Assembly (NCBI GenBank): GCA_036258195.1
Contig: DATAED010000076.1
Span: 9,981 to 73,980 of the forward strand
DNA: 64,000 nt
From: Ktedonobacterales bacterium
GTDB lineage: Bacteria > Chloroflexota > Ktedonobacteria > Ktedonobacterales > JADMIN01
Reading direction: 5' to 3'
The notes under the pieces are model-generated. The model made no database searches and was not told where the DNA came from. It saw only the letters and a program-made list of their open reading frames with translations. The translations under genes and the position numbers were made by a program. Shown here piece after piece: positions 25,954 through 34,574 of this stretch; the stretch's first letter is position 1; each line of letters begins with the position of its first letter.

Positions 25954-26949
25954 GTGAAACGTTCACGTTCTATTCTCTTCGGCTCGCTGGCCACTGCCGG
26001 CGCAGCGATTGCGGTAGCGGCGCTCGTCATGACGACTGGCGTCGGCCAAGCCAACGCCAGCCCGATTGGCCACGGCACTGAAGTCCTGCACGGCATCCAT
26101 TCCATGGGTATCCGAGGCGCCAAGGCTGCCTGCCATCATAACTGCGGCGGCGGCAGCAACAACCTCACCTACCACGGTGGAACGGGCGGCGTCGGCGTCG
26201 AGACAGGCGCCGATCAGGTCTACCTCGTCTACTGGGGTTCCCAGTGGAACAGCAACGACCCCTCCGGCGAGGCCGCCATCCAGCAAAACTTCTTCAATCA
26301 CGTTGGCGGCAGCTCGTGGAACAACTCGGTGACGCAGTACTGCGAGGGTGTCGCCAGCGGTACAATCACCTGCGGCTCTTCTGGCACGCATGCGGTCAAT
26401 CCAACAGGCGTGCTGGCGGGCGTCTGGTACGACAACAGCGCGGCGGCTCCGTCGCGCCCGTCGCAGTCGCAACTGGCATCTGAGGCCACTAATGCGGCGG
26501 CGCACTTTGGCAATACCACTGCGTCCTCCAACACGACTGTGCAGTATGTCATCAACACAGCGACTGGCAACAATGCCAGCGGCTTTGGCACGCAGTACTG
26601 CGCGTGGCACAGCTCGGTCAGCACGAGCTATGGCAACGTCGCCTACACCAACATGCCGTACATCACGGACGCGGGCGCGAGCTGCGGCGCTGGCTTCAAT
26701 GGCCTCGGCGCCAATGCCGGCATCACCATCGTCGGTGGCCACGAGTTCGCCGAGACCGAGTCGGACATCTTCCCCAATGGTGGATGGCTCGACGGCAGCG
26801 GCGCTGAGAATGGCGACAAGTGCGCCTGGATCAGCTCCGGCCAGGGCGCCTCGGCGAGCGTCAGCATGAACGGCGCATCGTTCCCGGTGCAGTCGCTCTG
26901 GAGCAACGCCTTCAACAGCGGCGCTGGTGGCTGCGTCCTCTCGTACTAG
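25954..26949 (+). CDS. Secreted protein of unknown function (motif order reminiscent of PHI-1/EXORDIUM)
   Basis: GTG at 25954, after AGGGAGAAG. The signal peptide is VKRSRSILFGSLATAGAAIAVAALVMTTGVGQANA-SP. The mature part has LTYHGG, VYLVYWGSQW, SSWNNSVTQY, QYCAWHS and GGHEFAETESD. Confidence 0.6.
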   Translation: MKRSRSILFGSLATAGAAIAVAALVMTTGVGQANASPIGHGTEVLHGIHSMGIRGAKAACHHNCGGGSNNLTYHGGTGGVGVETGADQVYLVYWGSQWNSNDPSGEAAIQQNFFNHVGGSSWNNSVTQYCEGVASGTITCGSSGTHAVNPTGVLAGVWYDNSAAAPSRPSQSQLASEATNAAAHFGNTTASSNTTVQYVINTATGNNASGFGTQYCAWHSSVSTSYGNVAYTNMPYITDAGASCGAGFNGLGANAGITIVGGHEFAETESDIFPNGGWLDGSGAENGDKCAWISSGQGASASVSMNGASFPVQSLWSNAFNSGAGGCVLSY

Positions 26950-27174
26950 CCAGCGGCATCGCATCGAACCAATCTCTGATCCAATCTCAAGCGGGGGTGG
27001 GGCGCGCAAGCGTTCCACCCTTCTTCGTGTCCTTATGCAAACGTAGCGTTTTGCCTCCCCAGAGGCGTATCATGCTAGCACACGCGGCGCGGCTGCGCTG
27101 CCGCGCTCGTCTGGTTCTCTGATCGTGCGCGCCATCTCTCTGTGCGGCGCGCTTCTCCTGCGAAAGGGCGTGCC

Positions 27175-28230
27175 ATGCGACGTATCGCGATCCTGGCTGA
27201 CGGCAGCTTTGGACCGTTCTCTGCGAAGACCGCCGTCGGCGTCTTGCGCTACAGCCCCGACACCGTCGTCGCCGTCGTGGATGGCGCCCACGCCGGACAG
27301 ACCGCCGATCAGGTCATCGGCAGCGGCATCGGCGAGGGTGTGCCGGTCGTCGCGGATGTCGCCTCCGCGCTCGCTTACCAGCCCGATACGCTGCTCATCG
27401 GCATCGCGCCCATCGGCGGCAAGCTGCCCGACGCCTGGCGTCCGGGCATTCTGGACGCCATCGAGCATGGACTGACCGTCGTCAGCGGGCTGCATTTCTT
27501 CCTCGGCGATGACCCCGAGCTGGCGCAGGCCGCCAAAGCGCACGGCGCGACCATCTGGGATGTGCGCCGCCCGCCCGACGCGCTGGCCCAGCGCATCCGC
27601 GAGGGAACACCACACCGCCCGGGCAGCCACACGGTCTACTTCTGCGGCACCGATTGCAATGTGGGCAAGATGACCGCATCCTTTGAGCTGTGGCGCGAGG
27701 CCCAGCGGCGCAACCTCTCAGCGGGATTCGCCGCCAGCGGGCAGACGGGCATCATGATCTCTGGCGCGGGCATTCCCGCCGACCGCTTCATTAGCGACTT
27801 TCTCTCCGGCGCGGTCGAGGCCATGACGCTCGACTTTGCCGAGCGCTACGACTGGGTCTTTGTCGAGGGCCAGGGCTCGCTCACGCATCCCGCATACTCC
27901 GCCGTGACGCTGGGCCTGGTGCACGGAAGCGCCCCCGACCTGCTGATTCTCTGCCATCAGGCGGGGCGCACAGTCGTACACGAATACGAAGACACGCCGC
28001 TGCCCTCGCTGGCCAAGGCGCGTGAGATCTACGAGACCGCCGCTGGCTGGCTCAAGCCCGCCCCTGTCGTCGCTGTCGCGCTCAACACCTATATGATGCC
28101 CGACGACGAGGCGCAGGCGGCCATCGCGGCAGCCGAGCGCGAGACCGGCCTGCCCACCTCTGATCCCGTGCGCTATGGCGCGGGAGCCCTGCTCGACGCT
28201 CTGCTCGCGCGCAGCGACCTGCACGCCTGA
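27175..28230 (+). CDS. DUF1611-family protein (DgcN-like, putative N-acetyltransferase / ATP-grasp-like)
   Basis: MRRIAILADG..., the GTDCNVGKMT P-loop-like motif and GQGSLTHPAYS resemble DUF1611 proteins, which are typically paired with an enolase-superfamily epimerase. I moved the start to the ATG at 27175. Confidence 0.65.
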   Translation: MRRIAILADGSFGPFSAKTAVGVLRYSPDTVVAVVDGAHAGQTADQVIGSGIGEGVPVVADVASALAYQPDTLLIGIAPIGGKLPDAWRPGILDAIEHGLTVVSGLHFFLGDDPELAQAAKAHGATIWDVRRPPDALAQRIREGTPHRPGSHTVYFCGTDCNVGKMTASFELWREAQRRNLSAGFAASGQTGIMISGAGIPADRFISDFLSGAVEAMTLDFAERYDWVFVEGQGSLTHPAYSAVTLGLVHGSAPDLLILCHQAGRTVVHEYEDTPLPSLAKAREIYETAAGWLKPAPVVAVALNTYMMPDDEAQAAIAAAERETGLPTSDPVRYGAGALLDALLARSDLHA

Positions 28231-28278
28231 CAGCTCATTTCGCCGCCACCATCTGGAGCATTCTGGAGCATTGACCAC

Positions 28279-29388
28279 ATGAACCTCACCGCTCACACGC
28301 TCGACCTGACGCTCACCACGCCGTTCCGCATCTCGCGCAGCGTGCAGACGCTCGCGCACAACGTGCTCACTCGCATCGATGGCGACGGCATCGAAGGCAT
28401 CGGCGAGGCGGCGCCATCTGGCTACTACGGCGAGCGCCGCGAGAGCGTCTTCATGGCGCTCAGCGACTTTGGCGACCGCATCGACCTCGATCTCGACCTG
28501 ATCGAAGACATCGTCAACGCGATGGATCGTCGCCTGCACGCCAACGCCGCCGCCAAAGCGTCCGTTGATATGGCGCTCTACGATCTGCTCGGCAAGCGCC
28601 TCGGCGCGCCCGTCTATCAACTGCTGGGGCTCAACCCTGACCGCACGCCGCTGACCTCCTTCACGATTGGCATTGACGAGCCAGCCGCGATGGCGCGCAA
28701 GGCCAAAGAAGCCGCCAAAACCTACCGCATCCTGAAGATCAAGCTGGGAACCGATCACGATCTGGAGATCGTGCGCGCCATCCGCGAGGCGACCGATGTG
28801 ACGCTGCGTGTTGACGCCAACGCCGCCTGGACGCCCAAACAGGCGATTCGCGTCATCCGCGACCTGGAGCCGTACAACATCGAGTTTATCGAGCAGCCGC
28901 TGCACCCTGCCGACCTGGAGGGCATCCGCTTCGTGCGCGAGCGCGTCTCGCTGCCGATCATTGTGGATGAGAGCTGCGTGACGGAGTCCGACATTCCGGG
29001 CCTGGTCGGGGCGGTGGATGGCATCAATATCAAGCTGATGAAGTGCGGCGGCATCCACCACGCGCTGCGCATGATCCACACGGCGCGCGCGCACCACCTG
29101 AAAGTGATGCTGGGCTGCATGATCGAGAGCTCGCTCGCCATCACAGCGGCGGCGCATCTCAGCCCGCTGGTGGACTATGCCGATCTCGACGGGCATCTGC
29201 TCATCAGCGACGATCCCTGGGAGGGCGTGGGCGTGGAAGAGGGCAAGCTGGTCTTGCCAGAGCGCGCCGGACTGGGCGTGCGCCCGCGCGACCACGACGC
29301 CAAACGCCAGGCGATGGTAGCCGCCGCGTCGTCGAGTCGGCATCCGCGCCGCGCTGCGCCATCCACCGACGAGGAGGAGGAAGAGTAG
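28279..29388 (+). CDS. Enolase-superfamily dipeptide epimerase (L-Ala-D/L-Glu epimerase-like / DgcA-like)
   Basis: The catalytic and metal motifs are LKIKLG, VDANAAWT, IEQPL, IIVDESC and KLMKCGG. The tail is unusually acidic (STDEEEEE). Confidence 0.8.
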   Translation: MNLTAHTLDLTLTTPFRISRSVQTLAHNVLTRIDGDGIEGIGEAAPSGYYGERRESVFMALSDFGDRIDLDLDLIEDIVNAMDRRLHANAAAKASVDMALYDLLGKRLGAPVYQLLGLNPDRTPLTSFTIGIDEPAAMARKAKEAAKTYRILKIKLGTDHDLEIVRAIREATDVTLRVDANAAWTPKQAIRVIRDLEPYNIEFIEQPLHPADLEGIRFVRERVSLPIIVDESCVTESDIPGLVGAVDGINIKLMKCGGIHHALRMIHTARAHHLKVMLGCMIESSLAITAAAHLSPLVDYADLDGHLLISDDPWEGVGVEEGKLVLPERAGLGVRPRDHDAKRQAMVAAASSSRHPRRAAPSTDEEEEE

Positions 29389-29392
29389 CGCT

Positions 29393-29965
29393 ATGGAGCT
29401 CAATTTCGACGAGGCGCTGGCCCTGCTGCGCGAGCATAACGCCAATGATAGCCTGGTGCGCCACGGCATCGCAGTCAGCGACGCCGTGGCCGCCTACGCG
29501 CGCAAATACGGCGAGGATGAAAATAAGTGGCGCATCGCAGGGCTGCTGCACGATGTGGACTACGAGCAGCATCCCACCATCGAGGAGCACGGCAAGGTCG
29601 GGGCGCAGTGGCTGGCCGAGCGTGGCTATCCAGAGGATGTCGTCCACGCCGTCATCGCGCATAACGACTACCACGGCGTCCCCAGAGACTCGCTGATGGC
29701 GCGTACCGTCTTCGCCTGCGATGAGCTGACCGGACTGATCACCGCCGCCGCGCTGGTGCGGCCCGACAAGAGCATTCACGGCTTAGAAGTATCGTCGGTG
29801 CGCAAGAAGATGAAAGACAAAGCCTTCGCGCGCGGCGTCAACCGCGATGACATCATCAAAGGCGCCGAAGAGCTGGGCGTCGATCTGAACGACCATATCG
29901 GCTTCGTCATCGCCGCGATGGACGCCGACGCCGAGCGCCTGCATCTGGCGGGCGTGGCGTCATAA
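29393..29965 (+). CDS. HD-domain metal-dependent phosphohydrolase
   Basis: RHGIAV...AGLLHDVDY...HNDYHG form the HD motifs. It starts 5 nt after the epimerase stop, and the SD lies within the acidic-tail codons (GGAGGAAGAG). Confidence 0.7.
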   Translation: MELNFDEALALLREHNANDSLVRHGIAVSDAVAAYARKYGEDENKWRIAGLLHDVDYEQHPTIEEHGKVGAQWLAERGYPEDVVHAVIAHNDYHGVPRDSLMARTVFACDELTGLITAAALVRPDKSIHGLEVSSVRKKMKDKAFARGVNRDDIIKGAEELGVDLNDHIGFVIAAMDADAERLHLAGVAS

Positions 29966-30016
29966 AGCGTACCCACACGCCACGCTCATCTAAGGGATCG
30001 CCAGCGCCGCATCGCC

Positions 30017-30069
30017 TGGCCTGGGTTCCCCTCCCTCGGAGGGGAGGGGGTCAGGGGGAGAGGTTCCGC
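30017..30069 (+). repeat. Family-B GC-rich hairpin repeat, copy 2
   Basis: TGGCCTGGGTTCCCCTCCCTCGGAGGGGAGGGGGTCAGGGGGAGAGGTTCCGC lies between the HD gene stop and the methyltransferase start. Confidence 0.7.
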
Positions 30070-30124
30070 CCGATCATCACAGTGTCTGACTGAGTGTTCT
30101 GGAGACTGAGGAGAACGAGACGAC

Positions 30125-30955
30125 ATGCCGCACGATGCGACAGCCAAACCCGACAAGCGCTATCTCGCCACCCAGCAGTACCGCGACGCGAGCAACCTCA
30201 ATGCCCGCGGTTTGCTGCATGCCCGCTTTGGGACGAACACGTATCCCTGGTTTCGCTGGGTCTTCGACCAGGCGTTGAGCGTCGCGCCCGCTATAGCCGA
30301 CGTCCTGGAGGTCGGCGCGGGGCCGGCGGGCCTCTGGCGCGAGAATCTGGATCGCCTGTCCGCTGGCTGGCGTGTCACGCTGACAGATCTCTCCGAGGGC
30401 ATGGTGGCCGAGCAGCGCGCCGCCCTGGCCGATCATCCCGCCTTCCAGTGCGCTGTCGCCGATGTGGAGGCGCTGCCCTTCGCCGACGCCAGCTTCGATC
30501 TCGTCATCGCCAACCACATGCTGTATCACGTACCCGACCGGCCCAAAGCAGTCGCCGAGCTGCGGCGTGTGCTGCGTCCCGGCGGCGCGCTGGTGGCGGC
30601 GACCAATGGCGCGCACAACATGCGCGAGCTGGACGACCTGATCGCCTCCGTCGCGCCCGACGCCGCCTCCGCCGAGTGGCGCGCCAGCTTCCGCCATCCC
30701 TTCACGCTGGAGAACGGCGCCGAGCAGCTCGCGCCCGCGTTCGAGGGCATCGAGGTTCGCCACTACGACGACGGGCTGGACGTGACCGAGGGCGAGCCGC
30801 TGGTCGCCTACATCCTGTCGATCGACACGCCCGTCTTCCGCCTGCCTGAGACGAGGGCGGCGTTCGAGACCCGTGTGGGCGAGCTGCTCACCAGCCACGG
30901 CGGCGTCTTCCACATCACCAAGGTGGTCGGCCTGTTTGTCGCGCGGCGTCCCTGA
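30125..30955 (+). CDS. Class I SAM-dependent methyltransferase
   Basis: The SAM-binding motif I is VLEVGAGPAGLW, followed by the acidic loop TLTDLSEGM and FDLVIANHMLYHV. GAGGAGAA lies upstream of the ATG. Confidence 0.75.
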   Translation: MPHDATAKPDKRYLATQQYRDASNLNARGLLHARFGTNTYPWFRWVFDQALSVAPAIADVLEVGAGPAGLWRENLDRLSAGWRVTLTDLSEGMVAEQRAALADHPAFQCAVADVEALPFADASFDLVIANHMLYHVPDRPKAVAELRRVLRPGGALVAATNGAHNMRELDDLIASVAPDAASAEWRASFRHPFTLENGAEQLAPAFEGIEVRHYDDGLDVTEGEPLVAYILSIDTPVFRLPETRAAFETRVGELLTSHGGVFHITKVVGLFVARRP

Positions 30956-31131
30956 GCAGCCGCGCTGAGCGGCACGCGCCGTGCTCTTCTCTCGCGTCAA
31001 TGCTGTACCGAGCGCAACCCAAAGCTCATCTCATTCTCAGGCTCATCTTACAAATGGCCGCTATGCTGCCGAAAACGTGGCGTCGCAGGACGCTCACACG
31101 ACCGGCAAAATGAGACAGAGGGAGTTCGCCG

Positions 31132-32391
31132 ATGAGTCAACACGACGCGCTTGCCCTGCTCGCGCTCACCCTGGGCGCGTTCCTCATGCCGCTCCTGGCT
31201 GAGCGGATTGGCTGGTTCAGCGCGCCCTGCGAGATGATCTACGGCATCGTCGTCGCCAATCTGCTCCCCCAACTGCGCTTCGACGGCCAGTTCATCGGCA
31301 CACTCAGCGAGTTTGGATTTCTGCTGCTCCTCTTCCTGGCCGGGCTGGAGATCGATTTCGACATGCTGCGCCATCAAGGCGCGCGTGTGCTCCTCACCAG
31401 CGGGCTTGCCGCGCTCGGCATCCAGGCGGGCGCCCTCTGGCTCACGCTCCTCCTGCATCTACCGGTAATCTACGCCCTGCTGGTAGGCGCCATCTCCGTC
31501 ACGGTGCTGATGGCCATTCTGCATGAGGCGGGCATGCTCCATCATCCGCTAGGGCAGCGACTGCTCATCATCGGCGCGCTGGGCGAGTTCTTCTCGATCA
31601 TCGGCGTCACCACCTACGATTTGGCCTATAGCTACGGCCTCAACTGGCAGTTGGCCATCGCGGCGGGCAAGCTGGTGGCGCTGCTGATCTTTGGCTACGT
31701 TGGCCTGCGCGCGCTGATGGCCATCTCTACCGTCCGTTCGCACACCATGCGCCGCCTCTTCTCGCTGCGCGATAGCTCAGAGCTGGGCGTGCGCGCGGCG
31801 CTGGCGCTGATGCTCTGTTTCGCCGCCTTCGCGCTGATTCTGCGAGTCGAGGCGATCCTGGCGACGTTCATCGCGGGCGCGATTTGCAGTTTCGCGTTCC
31901 GTGGGCGCAATCTGGTGACGGAGAAGCTGACGACGATGGGGCAGGGATTCTTCCTGCCGATCTTCTTCATCACCGTCGGCGCGCAGGTGCGCTTCATGGA
32001 TCTGCTCTCGCCTGCCGCCCTGACACTCCTCGTGGCCGTGACAGCGGGCCTGTTTGGCGTGCGGCTGGCGTCCATCCCACTGCTACGGCTGGCGGGCGTC
32101 AGCTTGCGACAGGCGGTTCCCGCCGCGCTGATGCTCTCCGCGCCACTCTCGCTGATGGTCGCCATCGCGCAGGTCGGCGTACGGCTGGGCGCGCTCACCA
32201 CCGCTACGGCGTCGGCGGTGCTGGGCGCCTGCATCGTCTCGGCGACGCTCTTCCCGCTGCTGGCGCGGCCATTCCTGCTGCATGAGGCGCGTGGCGGCAA
32301 ACGTGAGACCAGCGGCTCGACCCAGCCGCTCCCGATGCCCATCGAGCTTCCAACGATAGATCACCTCGCACACGACGAAGCCACCGCGTAG
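31132..32391 (+). CDS. Cation:proton antiporter (CPA1/CPA2, Na+/H+ exchanger family)
   Basis: The 419-aa product has about 11-12 TM helices. The N-terminal pattern ...LLAERIGWFSAPCEMIYGIVVANL... and FLLLLFLAGLEIDF is typical of Kef/NapA-type exchangers. Confidence 0.75.
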   Translation: MSQHDALALLALTLGAFLMPLLAERIGWFSAPCEMIYGIVVANLLPQLRFDGQFIGTLSEFGFLLLLFLAGLEIDFDMLRHQGARVLLTSGLAALGIQAGALWLTLLLHLPVIYALLVGAISVTVLMAILHEAGMLHHPLGQRLLIIGALGEFFSIIGVTTYDLAYSYGLNWQLAIAAGKLVALLIFGYVGLRALMAISTVRSHTMRRLFSLRDSSELGVRAALALMLCFAAFALILRVEAILATFIAGAICSFAFRGRNLVTEKLTTMGQGFFLPIFFITVGAQVRFMDLLSPAALTLLVAVTAGLFGVRLASIPLLRLAGVSLRQAVPAALMLSAPLSLMVAIAQVGVRLGALTTATASAVLGACIVSATLFPLLARPFLLHEARGGKRETSGSTQPLPMPIELPTIDHLAHDEATA

Positions 32392-32466
32392 CGCCGCATC
32401 CGCTGACCGTGTAAAATATGCTGCTGGGAAGCGGCGAGGAACGGTCACATCAAGCGGGAGCAACGT

Positions 32467-33222
32467 ATGAGCGGCGCAGGCGAGCGAGCGACACCCAGGC
32501 CCAACTTTAGCACAGATTCACTCGACCCTTCGATGGAATGGCGCAGGTTGCTTACCGAGGCGCTGGGCGCGTTCTTTCTGACGCTGGCCGCCGCTGCCCC
32601 TGCCGTCATCAGCGTGGCGACCGGGCAGAAGATCGGCCAGCCAGCCGCCGTAGTCGCGCCTGGGCTGGTAGTTATGGCGCTCATCTATACCGTCGGCGAT
32701 GTCTCGGGCGCACACTTCAATCCGACCGTGACGCTGGCCTTCGCCATTCGGGATGACTTTCCCTGGCGGCGCGTCCCTGGCTACATGCTCGCGCAGTTCG
32801 TCGGCGGCATCGTGGCGGCGGGGCTGCTGCGAGCGCTCTTTGGCAATGTGGGACACCTCGGCGCCACGCTGCCCAATCCAGCCACAGGCGATCTCGCTTC
32901 GCTCGTCATGGAGTGCGTGCTGACGTTCCTGCTGGTGACGGTGATCCTGGGTACCGCGCATGATACGAAGCTGGCGGGCCACAACGCTGCGCTGGCGGTC
33001 GGCGCGACGATCGCGCTCGACGGCCTCTTCGCCAGTCCGGTCAGCGGCGCCTCGATGAACCCCGCGCGCTCGTTTGGCCCAGCGCTGGTCAGCGGCGACC
33101 TGGGCAGCGTATGGATCTATTTCGTTGGGCCGCTGGCAGGCGCGCTACTTGCCACGCTGATCGCATGGGCGCTGCACGGCGAGACGACCGATACAGCCCG
33201 TCGCACCGCAGGTGGACGCTGA
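32467..33222 (+). CDS. MIP-family channel, NIP/AqpN-like aquaporin
   Basis: There are six TM segments. The first half-helix motif is SGAHFNPTVT (NPT at 32719-32727) and the second is GASMNPARSFG (NPA at 33058-33066). Confidence 0.85.
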   Translation: MSGAGERATPRPNFSTDSLDPSMEWRRLLTEALGAFFLTLAAAAPAVISVATGQKIGQPAAVVAPGLVVMALIYTVGDVSGAHFNPTVTLAFAIRDDFPWRRVPGYMLAQFVGGIVAAGLLRALFGNVGHLGATLPNPATGDLASLVMECVLTFLLVTVILGTAHDTKLAGHNAALAVGATIALDGLFASPVSGASMNPARSFGPALVSGDLGSVWIYFVGPLAGALLATLIAWALHGETTDTARRTAGGR

Positions 33223-33226
33223 AGGA

Positions 33227-34474
33227 CTAGCGCTGCGCCCTGCCAGCCGCCGCGTAGCTGCGCCCGCGCCAGGGAACCGTCGCGCCGCGCAGCCGATACC
33301 ACCAGGCGCGCGCCAGAATCGCGGTGAAGATGGCCCCGCCCAGCGGATGCGTCCATCCATAGCGCAGCGGAACGCCCAGCATGCGGTCGAGGTAGGCGCG
33401 ATAGGCCAGCGTCGCGGCCACTGGAGCAGCGCCCGCCAACGTCAGCCGCCTGGAGCGCCGCAGCAGCCCACCGGCCAGCGCCGCGAATGGCGCGACGGTG
33501 ATCAGCGGCAGCCCTGGAGCCAGCAGCGCGAAGCTCAACGCGCCACCCGGAGCGCCCGCGACCGCATTCTTGCTCCAGCCGTTCCAGTGTCCGGCGAGCG
33601 ACCGGTACATCGTCGTCGTCACCAGCGCGCGCCCATCCACCAGCAATAGTCGCCCGCCGCAACGCTTCACCCGCCGCGCCAGCGCCAGATCATCCACCAC
33701 CGTTCCGCGCAGTTCATCGGTATCGTAGCCGCCAATGCGCTCGTACAGCGCGCGCTCGATCAGCAGAAACTGGCCGTTGGCGATGGCGACGGGAACGCGC
33801 GGATTATTCACCAACGTCGGCGGATACATGAATGAGATGCACATAACGGCAACCGGCATCAGCGTTCGATTCCAGAAGCCGGGCAGGTCTTGCGCCGCGC
33901 TGATGCTGAGGAGATCAACGTGGTCGCGCTCGGCGCGCGTCACAGCGGAGCGTAGCGCGGCGGGCGCATGCTGGGTGTCGGCGTCGGTGAAGAGCAGCCA
34001 CTTCCCACGCGCCAGTTGCGCGCCGACGTGCAGTGCGTGCGGCTTGCCCGACCAGCCATCGGGCAGCGCATCCACCCGCGTCACGCGCAGGCGCTCTCGA
34101 CCACCGTCCGTCCGCTGGAGCTGCGCCAGGATGTTGGGCGTGGCGTCGGTCGAGCCATCGTCGACCACGATCACCTCAAACGAGGGATGATCCTGCGCTA
34201 GCAGCGACTCCACACAGCGGCGGATGTTGCGCTCCTCGTCACGCGCGGGTACGATGACGCTCACCGCAGGCGGCTGCGCTGACGATGGCTGCGGTGGCTC
34301 GCCAGGCGAAGCGCTGAGCGGCGCGGCGCTATGCAGATCGGCGACGGTACGCGCCAGATTGAAAAGGTAGAATCCCGTCACACCCGCTGAGAGCCAGGCA
34401 AGCCCCCTGGCGGCGAGCCGGGCGGAGCCATCCACTCCACCCGCTCGGTTCGCTGCGCTGGATTCGCTCGACAT
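33227..34474 (-). CDS. Family-2 glycosyltransferase with flanking TM segments
   Basis: VSVIVPARDEERNI...VIVVDDGSTD, the FTDADT (DxD) motif and QFLLI are present, with TM helices at both ends. I moved the start to the ATG at 34474, after GAGGAG. Confidence 0.8.
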   Translation of the reverse strand: MSSESSAANRAGGVDGSARLAARGLAWLSAGVTGFYLFNLARTVADLHSAAPLSASPGEPPQPSSAQPPAVSVIVPARDEERNIRRCVESLLAQDHPSFEVIVVDDGSTDATPNILAQLQRTDGGRERLRVTRVDALPDGWSGKPHALHVGAQLARGKWLLFTDADTQHAPAALRSAVTRAERDHVDLLSISAAQDLPGFWNRTLMPVAVMCISFMYPPTLVNNPRVPVAIANGQFLLIERALYERIGGYDTDELRGTVVDDLALARRVKRCGGRLLLVDGRALVTTTMYRSLAGHWNGWSKNAVAGAPGGALSFALLAPGLPLITVAPFAALAGGLLRRSRRLTLAGAAPVAATLAYRAYLDRMLGVPLRYGWTHPLGGAIFTAILARAWWYRLRGATVPWRGRSYAAAGRAQR

Positions 34475-34574
34475 GCTACACTCCTCACGACTGACACGCC
34501 ACTCTTTCTGGATGATAGCGAAAGCCGGCCGCCAGCGCCAACCGCCGTGCCGACGAGCTGTGGGGGAGGAAACC

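Noticed and set aside
28243-28265. Tandem duplication TGGAGCATTC-TGGAGCATTG just upstream of the epimerase start
   Set aside because: It is a single 10-nt duplication in a 48-nt intergenic spacer. It probably just provides the GGAG SD and shows no evidence of further function.
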